A stretch of DNA of 63,309 bases, counting the filler, from Reclinomonas americana ATCC 50394 (Eukaryota), in the NCBI GenBank assembly GCA_048213135.1. It is 6 parts of 4 records of this genome, joined end to end, with 100 filler letters (N's around TTAATTAATTAA, not from the genome) between each part and the next. Parts side by side here need not be neighbours in the genome. Positions count along the whole stretch, not along the records: positions 1 to 12,744 come from PS015015.1; positions 12,845 to 19,237 come from PS015016.1; 4 more parts are not named here. One strand, written 5' to 3'. Made by a program: the position numbers and the translations under genes. The notes beneath the pieces are model-generated. The model was given only the letters and a program-made list of their open reading frames with translations, made no database searches and was not told the DNA's origin. Positions within the stretch are counted from its first letter, which is position 1, and each line of letters begins with the position of its first letter. Of the stretch, positions 1-12,874 are shown piece by piece.

Positions 1-24
1 ATCTCACACTCACTCATTCACACG

Positions 25-1372
25 ATGTCGGGAGGCGGCATCCTGCGGCCCGACGAGCGCAGTGGCAGCGATGCGCAACTGGTCTACTCCGAGTCCCCGC
101 GCAAGCCACTCGCGACATCCACCGCCATGGCCTACAGAAAGATATCAGCAGCTCCGATGTCGTCGACACCCTGGTGCCGCTCACTGCGCATGTGGCTCCT
201 CATGTTGCTGCTCATGGCCGTGGTCGGCGGCATTGTCGCCGTGCTGGTCACACAGCTCTCCGACCGCCGGCGAACCATGAATGATGACTCAAACAACAAC
301 AGCAACAACAACAGTAGTTCTTCCATGCGTGTATTGGTGCGCTCTTGTCTCCCTCTCTCCCACTCTATCCCCACACTGGCACTGAGCTTCTTGTGCGTGC
401 TTGTCACAGCCGGGTGGCGTCATTGTTCCCGCCGATTGCATCAACTATTTGGACAGCGGCACTCAGCAGCTGCAGCGGGCGGCCGATGGCTCACTGGTGG
501 TGGTGAGCAGCAGCAGCAGCAACGGGGGTGCGCCGAGCCCACCAGCAGCGCTCAAGTCGTGCGCTAGCAGTGCCGAGTCGCGCTTGCCAGCTCCGCCTTC
601 TCCTTCGTCGTCGTCGTCGGCGACACAGGTTCGCAGCACGACGGGAGTGGCGACGTCAGTCACGCAGTTTGAGCATGCGTACGTGTGCACGGGAGGCATG
701 GTGAATGGCGACTGGGAGCTGAGCAGCGGCATGTACACGGCCTCCAGTGTGGTCTTGTCGGTGCCGCCGGTGCCGAGTGCCATGACCAGCAACAGCACGG
801 TGTTCTTGTGGCCGGGACTGGAGCCCGGCGACGCGTCGTATGTGGTGCAGCCGGTGCTGTTTGCCGTCGGCTCCGGTCAGGTGCATCCGGGTGTGCTGGC
901 CGGCAGCTGGTTCGCCGCCGGCTTCTACGTGTCGCTGGCCACCGGTCAGTTTGTCATTGGCACGCCGCTGCCTGTGTCGCCTGGCGACCTCCTCGAGTTC
1001 AGCACGCAGCTGAGCACCGACGGCACCACGTGGCAAATGCGCATGGTGGACTTGTCGGCCGGCACCATCACCACCCTGTCGCACCCGGCTGTGACCTCGG
1101 ATCCACCCACCAGCTCGCTCATGTGCCTGGAGACGTGGTTCCTCTCATCACTGGACAACCTCCCACCCGCCGGCAGCATCAGCACCTTCTCCAATCCGCA
1201 ATGGTCGGTCGACTACTCGCCAGTGCCGGTCTACGCGCTGTCATTTGTGCCCGACGCCGCTCTCACCGACGTCGATTCGCTCAGCCCGGGCACGCTGCTC
1301 GGCCGCTGGTCATGCTCGCAGTCTACGACGAGCACCAGCAACAGCGGATCGTGTACCTATACCTTTGGATGA
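25..1372 (+). CDS. Type II membrane-anchored protein with a peptidase G1/A4-like beta-sandwich domain (2 exons, intron 337-409)
   Basis: ATG at 25, TM segment LLMLLLMAVVGGIVAVLV. G|GTGCGC...cag joins in phase to PGGVIVPADCI...VPPVP...VFLWPGLEP...VVQPVL...SW...VSPGD...CLETW. Family call is from motif resemblance only. Confidence 0.55.
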
Positions 1373-1511
1373 CCGCCGAGAGTGAAAGAGACAATTTTCG
1401 TCCTCGTCGGAGCTTGTTGCAATTTTGAGTTCTTGCGCGCGAACTCGTGTGCAAGTTGTCTGTCTGTCTGTCTTTCTCTTTCTTTCTTTCCAAAGTGCAC
1501 AGTGGGGGGGC

Positions 1512-4393
1512 ATGATGAGCGAGTTCAAGCAGCCGCACGATCGACTGGCCTCCTTCTGGAGTGAGGAGCTGGACTACCACTTGGGCGCGCTTTTGCGAAG
1601 ACACGCGTTTGATTTCGCGCGCGTGGCTGTCTCTCTGCAGCGCCTCTTCCGCGGCTACCTCACGCGGGAGCACTTGTCTGGCGCACGCAGCGACTTTGAC
1701 GAGCTGCTCATCACAGAGGGCGTGTGTCGCGCGCGATGGGCTTTTCTCGACTACCAGGTAAACTGCTCATCTCATTTCGCACACTTTCTTTCTCACACTC
1801 ACATGCGTGTGACAGCAATCACGCGCTGGTGGTGACGTGGCGTTCCCAGCTGAGGCTGTGAAGGTGTGGCGTGCGTTTGAGGGCGGTCGCGCGCGACCAG
1901 AGGCGCCAGTCAAGAAGGCAGTGGTCGTTGAGCAGACTGTGACCAGCAGCAAGCCGCCTGCCACAGTCTCTGCTGCAGTCAAGTCGACCAGTCGAAGCAT
2001 TCCTGTGACTACGGTGTCTCACGATGACGATGACGATGACGGTGATGATGATGAAGAAGAGGAAGAGCAGCGAGTGCCGCAACGAGAGCGACCGGTCAGC
2101 AGGAGCAGCAGCAGCATGCACTCGTCGAGTGTGCTGGCGGCCATTGATGCCGACAGCAAGCCGTCTTCGTTCTCCATCCTGGAGGACTCGTTGTCGGCGC
2201 GCTTTGCGCAGATCTATGAGCAGGTGTGGCGATGGAACAGGCAGACCACTGGTGTGTGGGTGTGGAGCCCTGATCTCCGTATGTAATGCGCGCGCGCAGG
2301 TTCGCGGCAATCTGCCGTCGGCCAGTGCCACGGGAGATGACAGCGACGACGACGATAGCGATGATGAGGATGTGGTCACGGTGCATCGCGTGCTGGATCG
2401 GCGCACTGCCATGCGCGATGGTCGCAGGTCTTGTCGACATTTATCTTTTTTTGTTGACTGCTCGTTGTTGTCGTTCCTCGTTGCTCATGCGGGTGAGTGC
2501 ACAGCAATGCGTGTGAGCGGTTTGGCGTGTCGGAGGCCTCGTTTGCGTCCGGCAACGATCCCGAGTTGGAGCAGCGGGTGAACGAGGCGTTGTCGCTGCA
2601 CGACCGCGAAGAGTACGGTTTCAATCCGGCGTCGCTGCGCTTCGACGATCACTTGGCGGCTGCCTCGGCGGCGAGCGCGGTGGCGGCAGTGGTCGTGCCT
2701 GAGAGGGCGACGCGCGCGAGCCCAGTCGTGTCGCCGCTTGCGGTGGAGCCGTCTCGCGCCTCTCCGGCTGCGTCGCCGGTTGCGGCGGGTGCGACAAGAG
2801 CGGCGCCACTGTCGCCCGCTCGCTCGGCGGCACCCGCATCCACGCAGACCATGTCTCCTGTGCTGCGGTCGACATCCACGCAGTCGGTGGAGTCGGCGCC
2901 GGCACCGCCGCGTCCCACTGCCACTGCATCCACTGGCACCGATGCCAGCATGGGTGACGAGGCTGCGTGGGAGCGTGAATTCTATGCCTCCATTGGTGAC
3001 GGTATGGACTTTTTTTTTTGTAGTTCCGCGTCGGTGACGACCCTGCTGACAGACTTGATGCTTGTCTCTTCTTTCTCTTGTTTTTTGTCGTGTCTGTCAG
3101 CGGGTCGCCGCAATGGATCAGCTGCCGCAGCGCCTGCACCCGCCCCAGCGGCAGCAGCAGCAGCACCAGCTCCCACACGTGCCACTGTTGTTGCAGCACC
3201 TGCGCCGGCTGCCGCTGCTGGCGCCGGGCTGTTCGATCTGGACTCGGCGCTGGACGACATTGGACTCGATGTGGACGACCTGCTGCGCTCGATGGAGAGC
3301 AGCACACGTGCTGCGTCCTCGGCGACCACCCTGCGCAGTGCGGCGACTGCTGCCAGCGGCAGCAGTGCTGCACCGGCGCGACGCACGGCCAGCAGCGGCA
3401 CCTCCATGTCCTCCTCCTCCTCATCGTCGTCGTCATCCATGACCGTGTCTCGCTCGGCCGGTGTTGGCACGGACCAGGAGTACCCGGGAACGCGCAACAG
3501 TGGCACCTCGTCCACACAACCGGCACGCATCATGTACCCGACTGTGGTATCGGCGTCGTCGTCGTCGTATGGCGGCAGTGCGTCGGGCTCTGGCGGCGGA
3601 CGGCGTGCGTCGGACAGCACCGGCGACGAAGACGCCACACAAGAGGACTCGGACGATCGGTATGTAGTGGCCAGTCCCCCGTCCAGGTCAGTCCGTGGCA
3701 GTTGCCATTTGTCTGCTTGCCTATTCGCGCCGTCTCACTCCACCATTGGTCGCAGCCGACGACCAGACGCTGATTCGCCGCCACGGCGTGCGACTGCCGG
3801 CAGGTCTGTGCCGTACGACGCCGGCCGGCTACAGAGTCTCATGATGTCATGTTGCGTCGCTCGTCGCTCTTCTGTGCATCCATCGTGCCTCTGACGCGCC
3901 GCGCCACACAGCTGCGAGTGAACTGTCTGTTGCGCTGTCTGGATCACGCGGTGGAGGTTCTTCCTCATCGTCGGCGGCAGCGGCGGCGGTGGCGGCTGCA
4001 CCAGCTGGTCCCTCCGGCTCCGGCGGTGCCAGCGGCAGTGGACGGCCACCACGCGAGGTCACCCACATTCGCCACTTGCCACAGGTCAGTGAACATCGCC
4101 ACTCGCCGCGTGCACTTGCGTGCCAGTCGCTTACACCAGCTGCTTGCCAGGGCGACGAGGACGACGTTCCGACGGGCCCGGGCGACGAAATGGCTCACTT
4201 CCTGCCCGGAAACTACCAGCCGACTCGCTACATTGGTACGCCCCCTCGCGCACTCGTGATACCTCCCCTTGACCACACTGACACACTCCGCGTCGCAGAC
4301 ATTCGACAGGATCGCTCCACACGTCCACGCGGGCAAGTCACCCAGTTCTCAGACGGTCCACCATCTGCCGGCGCCCATCGACCCTTCCGTTGA
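1512..4393 (+). CDS. Multi-exon hypothetical protein: N-terminal SANT/Myb-like segment, then Ala/Ser/Asp-rich low complexity; exon boundaries and 3' end approximate
   Basis: WSEELDYHLGALLRRHAFDFARVAVSLQ...CRARWAFLD resembles a Myb/SANT helix pattern. Successive + ORFs (1837, 2497, 3989) are separated by intron-like segments. Confidence 0.45.
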
Positions 4394-4542
4394 GCTTTGC
4401 TTTGCTCCCTCTCTGCACGTTTGTTTGTCTGTGTGTTTTGTTTCCACGGCCCGAGGGAGAGGCAGTGAAAAAGCGTCGACTTGTCCTCGAGTCCTCTCTC
4501 TCTCTGTGTCAATCGTCATCAACGGGGGTCGGTGTAGAGAGA

Positions 4543-6862
4543 ATGTCGGTCAACGCACCTGCCGATGAGCAGTACCTGCAGGTGCCCTCACGCGGAGGCG
4601 ATGGGCGAGCAAGTCCGCAGCCTTCTCCGCGCAAGAAGGTGGGATTCACGCGCAGCGCACTCAATCTCAAGAAGGAGCCTGTGGCGGGAGCAGCTGCACA
4701 GAGCAGTGGTGCTGGTGGGACGTTTACTCCGCGCTCACACGACAGTGTCGGCAGTTGAGTGTGCTCTTTGTAAGAGAGAGGGCAAGAGAGGGAAGGAAGA
4801 GTGCTGATTGTGAGATCTTGTGTTGCAGGTTATGATCACACCAAGCCGCCACCGGACAAGGTGAGCAGCAGCATGTGAGAGCAAGAGAGAAAGAGGGAGG
4901 AAGGAGAGTGACAGAGAGAGAGAGGAAGGGTGGCCATGGCATAGATGTGCGTTTGCTTTGTTGCTCACTCTCTCCTCTTGCGCGCGCGCGTAGCACAATG
5001 TGGCGTACTGGATCCTGGTGTTGCTCGGCGCAGGGTACGCTCGCAAACATGACAGAACAGGCAGATGTGTGTTTTTCCTCACACAATCTCTGTGTGTGCA
5101 GACTACTCTTCCCGTGGAACAGCTTCATCTCGGCTCCTGATTACTTTACGTTGCGTAGATTGCTTGTCTTGCTCTCTATCTCTCTCTCCCTTGCTCGCTC
5201 ACTCGCGGTGCACAGGTACTACTATCAGAGCAATATCGAGTTCCTGTTTGCCATGGTGTACACCGTGCCCAACTTCCTCGGTCTCCTCCTCATGATCTGG
5301 ATCGGCAATGTTCCGTCCCTCTTCTCTGACATGTACATGTGGAGTCGTCTCTTGCGTGCTGATTTCCGATGCTCGTGCACAGCGCTTCAGCTTTGTCGGC
5401 AAAGTCTTTGTGTGGTTCACGGTGGCGCTGGTGATTCTGGTGCTGACGCCTCTGATCCCCTCGTTTGGCATGCCGGAGACTGGCCGCTTGATTTTCGTGC
5501 TTGGCCTCGTGTTCATTCAGGGCTTTGGCACGGCCGTGTTGCAGGCCAGGTTCGTGACGTGTGTTTGTGATTCGTTGGCGATGGGTTTTGACTGGTTGTG
5601 TGTGTGTGTGCGCAGCATGTTTGGCTTTGCGGCGCTGATGCCTGCCATCTACTCGCAAGCGCTGATGGGTGGCAATGGCTTTGCCGGCGTCATTGTGTCG
5701 GTGTTGCGTCTGATCACCAAGGCCGGCTTGGCGCACAGCTCCAACGGTGAGGCGCGATTCATTGATGATCACATGCGTATCAATCGCGTGCACTTACGCT
5801 CTCCCCAGCCCTCGAACTGAGCGGCCTGATCTACTTTGTGCTGTCGGCCTTTATTGTGCTGCTGTGCATCATTGCCTTCTGGATCATGCTCAAGTTGCCG
5901 TTCACGCGCTTCTACATTACCCAAAATCCCGTCGATTCGCTCTATGAGCAGCCGCTGATGCAAGACGAGGCCGAGGCCACGGACTCGGAGGACTCGGAGG
6001 AGGCCATTGTTGCGTCTTTGTTGCCTGTTACCTTTGGCCTCCGCCCCAACTGATTTCGACGCGCCGACAGCCCCTGAAAGAGGGAGATGCGTTGCGCTTC
6101 CACTCGGACACGCCGGCCTCGTACGGTGGCGAGAAGGATCTGGAGCACTCGGCCAAGGTGACGCACACAGCCAACCTGTGGCACATTATCAGGAAGCGCT
6201 GGGTGCCGGCGTTCAGTGTGTTCTACACATTCTTCGTGTCGCTGGCCGTGTTCCCGGGGATTGCGACAAGCATCACGCCCAATGCATTCGGCGGCTGGTT
6301 CAGTGTCATTATTGTGGTGCGAGAAGAATTGTGATAATGCGTATGGTGATGATCCTGCGTCTCACTGCACTCGCGCACGCACAGACGGTGTTCAACGTGT
6401 TCGACACGATCGGTCGTCTGTCGCCCGCCTGGTTCAAGCTGTCCAACGAAAAGTGGCTGCTGGTGCCCGTGCTTGCGCGCAGCATTTTCCTGCCCGCCTT
6501 TGTGCTGTGCATCAAGCCGCAGGTGTTTGCGTCGCCATGGTGGGCGCTCTCCTTTATGGCCCTCATGGCGTTCACGAATGGCCACTTTGGAAGTTGTGTT
6601 TCCACAGCCGTTCCCTCATATCCTCCATGGCGTTTCTCATCTTTCATTCATTCTCGCTCAGGTCTGTCGATGATGTTGGGACCGTCGCATCACTGCCGCA
6701 CGTTTGAGAAGGAGCTGTGCGGCACGATGATGGTACGCGTTTGGAGGGTGCACGATCGTATCATTTTTGTTACAGAAACTGACTCATTCACAGACGGCGT
6801 CGTTGTTGCTGGGCATCACGGTCGGCTCTTTTGGTGGCATGGGTATTAGTGCAGCAGTTTAG
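4543..6862 (+). CDS. Equilibrative nucleoside transporter (ENT/SLC29 family), 12 exons
   Basis: Spliced product contains PPDK-HNVAYWILVLLGAGLLFPWNSFISAPDYF, YSQALMGGNGFAG, TFFVSLAVFPG, FNVFDTIGR, MAFTNGHFGS, EKELCG. All 11 introns are GT-AG and in phase; stop TAG at 6860-6862. Confidence 0.92.
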
Positions 6863-6955
6863 ACAATGAAGAACACAGATAATGCGTGTTTTTGATCCGA
6901 GGTGAAAGGGGTTTGCCTCGTGAAGTGGCGGGACAGAGAGCTGCTTTGTTTCATA

Positions 6956-9586
6956 ATGGCGACGACCGCGATGGCGTCCACAGGAGGAGGAGAGGTGGTG
7001 GAGGAGTCGACCAAGCTCTCGTCGTTGTCATCACCAGCAGCAGCGGCGCACGAGTCGCCCTTGTTCTGCTCACCGACGACCGTGCAACGATGCACTCTCG
7101 CCTGCTTTGTCGCCTTCTTTGTGCTCTTTGCACGCACCGTGTACCCGTCGATCGGTGGCGGTGACTCGGGCGACATTGTGACTGCAGGTGCGTGTGTGTG
7201 AGAGAGAGAGAGAGAGGTGACAGTGGGGAAAACAAAAAGGGAGTTCACATTCGGTTTGCATGCATGCATTCTCAGCGGAGCAAGTCGGCATTGCGCATCC
7301 ACCGGGATACCCTCTCATTCTCATGCTGGGCAAGCTGGTGATCGAGCTGATGCGTCCACTCGGCGCACAGCCGGCGTACGCGATGAATCTCATGAATGCA
7401 GCGCTCTCGGCGGCCGCCGCTGCAGTGCTCTTCCGAGCCACATGCCGTGTGACACGCAGCTGCGTGCCTGCGGCTGCGCTGGTCACTGGCTTCTTCTATC
7501 TGAGTCCGTGGACGTGGGAGTACGCGTCGGGCACGGAGGTGTTCTCGCTCAACAATCTCTTCACTGGCCTGCTGTTGCTGTTGGCCGTCGAGTACGCCAA
7601 TGCGTTGAGTGAGCCCGTCGATGCCAAGACCGGCCTGCGAGGTGTGCATGTGTGTTTGCGCTGGAAGGGCTGTGTCTCCTTGGTTCCTCAAACGTGGTCC
7701 CCCATCGGCAGAGGGCGCCATCCGGTGGTCGCGGTGGGGCGTGTTTGTCAGTGCACTGGCGCTGACCAATCAGCACACCATCGTGCTCTTTGTGGTGAGT
7801 GTGTGTGCCTGCACGTCATTGCTCGGGTGCGTGCCAACCAAAGACTTGTTCAGGTGCCACTGGCGCTCTTCGTCATCATCACACTGCGAATGGAGCTCCT
7901 GTTCCGTCCCCGTCTGCTGGTCGACTATTTGCTGCTGGGCTTGCTCGGCATGACGCCATACCTGTACGTGCCGCTCTCCAACATGTACTCGTCGACGCCA
8001 GTGTCGTGGGGTGAGTGGAGACGTGACAGGCGAGTAGTCTGTGCGTGCGTGCACTCACGACGGAGTGTGCATTGGCAGGCTGCGAGCCGACGCTCGGTGG
8101 TTTCCTCGTGCACATTCTGCGTCGCGAGTACGGCACGTTTTGGTTGGTGCCCGGCGACGATCCGCTGTCGACGGCCGAGCCCGACGTGCTGCGCACGGTG
8201 GGCATGTTCACCTCGCGTCTGCAAGTGATCTCTGGCGGCACCGGCTCCCTGCTCGTGCTGCTTGGCGTGGTGCACGTGCTGTACGAGTTGCTGGTGCGCC
8301 GACCGCAGGGCCAGTCGGAGGAGCGTCGCGCACACAACCGCATGCTGGCCAAGTTCTTCCCTCTTCTCGTCGGCATGCTCGGCTTGTACTTTGTGTTTTT
8401 CGGTGCGCGCAACAACGCCAACCCCAACAGCACGGTGTGGACCGAGGTGGTGTCGCGCTTCTGGCTGCAACCGCTGCACGCGGTGCTGTTGGTGTGCGGC
8501 ATGGGCGTTGCGGCCGTGTACGAACGGTTGCTGTCGCTGGTCGCTGCTGCTGACGACGACGAGGACGATCACGACAATGTGCGACCTGCTCGCGGCGGTG
8601 GCCGGAAGCGTGTGCGCGTCTCTCCGCTCGTCGTCTTCTCGGCCGTCATGGTGATGATTGTCGCCATTGGCGTGGTGCACGTGGTGCGCGTGTGGCCGCA
8701 CGTCAACCGCTCGGACCACATTCTCTTTGAGGAGTTGGGTCGCGTTATTCTGCGCCCGCTGCCGCACAACGCGGTGCTGCTGGTGTCCACCGACCAGGCC
8801 ACGCTGGCCGTACGCTACGCGCAGTCGGTGCTCGGTTTCCGCCCAGATGTGCGCGTCTTGGCGCAGGATCTCATGGGCACGCTATGGTACAAACGAGTCG
8901 TGTCGCCACACGTGCCCGACGTGGTGTTTCCCAAGTTGTTCTGGTGCATATCGCTTTTGCAAAGTAGGCGTCTGTTTCTTTTATTCAACTTGTGAGCACC
9001 ACAGGTCGCATGTGGCCTACTTGAATCCGCAACTGGCGTACACAATGGAGGAGTTCTTGGAGGCCAACCTGCCACTGCACAATGTGTTTGTGTTCCGCGG
9101 ACGACTGCAGTTGGAGCTTGGTAAGCTTTTTGCTGTGCGGCGGATGTTATTATGTTTGTGGCAGTGACTGACGCTGCATTGCACAGAACCGTGGTGGCAC
9201 GACCAGCAAAGCATGCTGCTGCCCGTCGGTGTTGCGCGACAGGTTGTGTACAGATCCGCGCCAGTGGACGTGATCAAGCAGATATACATTGCCGAGGTGC
9301 GTCGATAAGTCGTGCTTTCTCATCAAACTGACCGCAACGCTGAATCTTGTCTCCCTCCCACAGGATGCCTTCACCTTTGACGACAGCAAGCTCATCTTGC
9401 CGGCGAGTGTCACACCGAGTGGCTCATGGGAGGGCTGGGTGCGACAGAACTTGATTTTCGCTGTGCTCGATTTCACGGACTGGGCCGCAGTGGTGAGTCG
9501 CACGACCATATTCTCTCTCCTTTACGCACACACACATACATCTACGTCACTGACACGAGTGACTCGGCGCGCAGAGCGTCACCTCA
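6956..9586 (+). CDS. TMEM260: TMEM260/DUF2723-family membrane glycosyltransferase (protein O-mannosyltransferase-like); 3' end lost in gap
   Basis: YPSIGGGDSGD, GIAHPPGYPL, EVFSLNNLF, LTNQHTIVL, PYLYVP, GFLVHILRREYGTF, RFWLQP, RYAQSVLGFRPDV. Eight in-phase GT-AG introns. Confidence 0.88.
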
Positions 9587-10170
9587 NNNNNNNNNNNNNN
9601 NNNNNNNNNNNNNNNNNNNNNNNNNNNNNNNNNNNNNNNNNNNNNNNNNNNNNNNNNNNNNNNNNNNNNNNNNNNNNNNNNNNNNNNNNNNNNNNNNNNN
9701 NNNNNNNNNNNNNNNNNNNNNNNNNNNNNNNNNNNNNNNNNNNNNNNNNNNNNNNNNNNNNNNNNNNNNNNNNNNNNNNNNNNNNNNNNNNNNNNNNNNN
9801 NNNNNNNNNNNNNNNNNNNNNNNNNNNNNNNNNNNNNNNNNNNNNNNNNNNNNNNNNNNNNNNNNNNNNNNNNNNNNNNNNNNNNNNNNNNNNNNNNNNN
9901 NNNNNNNNNNNNNNNNNNNNNNNNNNNNNNNNNNNNNNNNNNNNNNNNNNNNNNNNNNNNNNNNNNNNNNNNNNNNNNNNNNNNNNNNNNNNNNNNNNNN
10001 NNNNNNNNNNNNNNNNNNNNNNNNNNNNNNNNNNNNNNNNNNNNNNNNNNNNNNNNNNNNNNNNNNNNNNNNNNNNNNNNNNNNNNNNNNNNNNNNNNNN
10101 NNNNNNNNNNNNNNNNNNNNNNNNNNNNNNNNNNNNNNNNNNNNNNNNNNNNNNNNNNNNNNNNNNNNNN

Positions 10171-11327
10171 TAGCAGGGGTGGCAGCAGCAGCCGGTGGCG
10201 TCTTGGTCATTATCTTTTGCGCCTGCTCTCGACATTGCAAGTGGTACGCCTCCTGCGCTCACCACGGATCAGCGCGTGCACACACAGTGCGAGACAACAA
10301 TGACGAGGCGCCGTACCTGATTGTCGCGGAACAAGCGAAGTGCCGCAGCGTTGGCCGGATCATCGGGACTGCAGGTGATCGAGTGAGAAAACAAACCACG
10401 GTTTCAGTTTCCTGCGGAAGAGCGCAACTTGTGCTCCACCAACAGCTCCTGCACACCGAGCAAAATCTGCTTCAACGTAATCGACGGCTGTGATGCACGA
10501 GAGAGTGTCACAAGCAAGCGGGAGCAGCGGGGAGACAACAAAGGACGACTCACCCTCCAGTCGGCACTCAAAATCGACAGGCACACGGCGCCACTACATA
10601 ACGAAAAAAGAGAAGGGATGAGAAAGCAAGGAGATGCTTCAGGAGAGATTGTAGCAGGTGCGAGTGGTTGGAGACAAAAAAAGGGAAAGGGGACGGGGAT
10701 GAGAGATGAGAGAAGACGGAGAATGAGGATTATCGGTGGCGAGCAAAGGGTTTCTCGACGCGCAAGCACGCAACTCAGTGTAGACATTGACGTGATAGAG
10801 TGGCGGCTTGAAGACGACCTTGGGCGGGGAGAACGGGTGGTCTTCTTGGAACTTTTGGCGAGTTGTCAGTGAGCAGGGGCATGCATGCATGCAATGTGTA
10901 AAGGAAAATGCACACCTGGATCTGCAACTGGTACGTGCCGCCGGCAAAGTCCGACTGTGTGCACGAGTGAGGCGAGGGGAGAGACACACACACGCGCACA
11001 CTGTGTGACAGTGAGAGAGAGAGCGCGCGTAACATTCGCGGGCCCGGGTATCTCACAGTTCCACGCGAACAGATTGAGAGAGCCATCGCCGAGGGTCGCC
11101 GGTCGCGCCACGAATCCCTATAAGAAGGAGACAGAGTGAGGAAAGGAGAGAGAGGAGAGAGAGGAGAGAGGAACAAGAGAGAGTGCGCGCACAGGCAAAC
11201 GCTCTCGTCGCCATCGTTTCCTGCGCGGGCGAGAATGCATCAGTGGGAATGCACAAAGAGAGAGACAATGTGTGTATGAGGCTCACCGCTCTTCCATGAG
11301 TCGCGTGCTTGCAATGGCGTCGCCCAT
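10171..11327 (-). CDS. Ubc9-like E2 conjugating enzyme, 9 exons; 3' end runs into gap
   Basis: Spliced: MGDAIASTRLMEERKRWRRERLPGFVARP...NLFAWNCEIPGPANSDFAGGTY...[52 protein letters not shown]...NPDDPAN. Catalytic Cys present. Confidence 0.88.
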
Positions 11328-11705
11328 GGTTGGTTTTTGTGTTGCGCCGACTGGGACAATCGTTCCACCGTCTGGTCCGTCCGCCGACGAAAGTTTCAGA
11401 CGCACGAACAAGTTTTTGTCGAGTAGCGCGCGCGCGTGTGTTTTCCTCTCTCGCCCCACTGCGCACACACGCGTCTCTGCAGTAGTGGACTCTAGAGTGT
11501 GTGCGTGTGTGTGTGAGACTTTGCGTGCGAGAGTTTGATTGTCCAGTTTGGCGCAGTCATATAGTGAGGTTTCCAGACACACTTCCCCCTCCCACCCAGA
11601 GAGCGCTTCTCTCTCTCTGTTGTAGTGTGTGTGTGTGTTTCATAGTGCGCGTGTGTCTCTCGTTATCGAGCACGCACGCGCGTCTGTGTGTCTGAGTCTG
11701 AGTCA

Positions 11706-12670
11706 ATGAGCGGTCTGGTGACTGTTGCCGATATGAATCCCACGGAGGATGTGATTCGCACAGTCGGCGATCTCACACTGAGTTGCGCGCTCACTGACAC
11801 AGACACACACACACAGCTGTGTCTGTCACTTGCTCACCTGGCGCACACAGATGAGAGTCATCACACTCTTCCGGCAGCAGCTCCTCCTCCACCTCCTCCT
11901 CCACCTGCTGCTGCTCCTCCAGCTGCTGCTGCTCTTGCACGAACGCCCAGTGCTGGTGTTGCGTATAACACACACTCTCTCTCACACACACAACGCGCGT
12001 GCTTGTCTGATGATTGCTGATGACGATGGGGATTCCACTCTCTCTTACTCATTCATATATATGTTTGTTATGCATCTGTTTCCCTTCTTTTTTTGTGTGT
12101 GTGTTGTTGCGCAGCGCTCGGTGAGCTACACTGCGGAGAAGATCATTGGCAATGGTAAGTCGCTGAGGCAGACAAGGCTGACGAAGAGAGGGGGGGGCGA
12201 CGTGGAGAGAGAGAGAGGGGGATGGCGCGCGTGCGGCCATGTCACGCACTTTATTGTGTGTGTCTCTCTCTCGCGCGCGCCCTCACTGTGCATGACAGAG
12301 AGACAGAGACGCGCACAGTCACACTCTCTTACGTGCGTGCGCTCATCCACAAGTGTGTGTGTGTGTGTCCGTAACTCTGCTGGCTTCTCACACTCTTCTC
12401 TCTCGCGCACTCTTCTCTCTCTCTTGTCGCTGCTGCTCGTGAGAGTTGTAGTGTACACTTTCAGCAGTGAGAGTACCTGTCTGCCTGTGTGTGTCTCTGT
12501 GTGTGTTGGCTGCCGTTTCACTGCTTTCGGCGCAGGCTCGTTCGGTGTCGTGTTTCTCGCTCGAGTCGTGGAGACTGGCGAGGTAAGCCACTTGAACACA
12601 CACACACACATACACTGTCTCTCTTCTTTACTCATCATTTGCTATATTACAGATTGTGGCCATCAAAAAG
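11706..12670 (+). CDS. GSK3: GSK3/shaggy-like kinase, 5' part only (truncated at scaffold end)
   Basis: Exons splice to [35 protein letters not shown]. The N-terminal exons are less certain. Confidence 0.8.
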
Positions 12671-12788
12671 GTCACCAAGATGCGCCTTGTCTGTCTTTTT
12701 TTTTCTTGCACTTCTCACGCTCTCTCTTTTTGTGTGTGTGCGTGNNNNNNNNNNNNNNNNNNNNNNNNNNNNNNNNNNNNNNNNNNNN

Positions 12789-12800
12789 TTAATTAATTAA
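12789..12800. other. Artificial scaffold linker TTAATTAATTAA flanked by 44 N on each side
   Basis: Identical 100-nt spacer with stops in all six frames, recurring five times in the window. Confidence 0.95.
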
Positions 12801-12874
12801 NNNNNNNNNNNNNNNNNNNNNNNNNNNNNNNNNNNNNNNNNNNNAGAGAGTGTGAGATACTGTTGCCAACAAAG

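Noticed and set aside
5150-5215. Non-GT introns starting TTGCG
   Set aside because: Ambiguous at this one site, but at other sites (for example Ubc9 10774 and 10428, DHX35 37678) the conserved frame only works with GT...AG.
9587-10170. Long ORFs running through N gaps (also 17166-17950, 33743-34233 and others)
   Set aside because: Artefacts of translating N as X.
12789-12800. TTAATTAATTAA as a biological motif (for example a piggyBac TTAA target)
   Set aside because: Always centred in exactly 44+44 N and encodes stops in all six frames, so it is an assembly linker.
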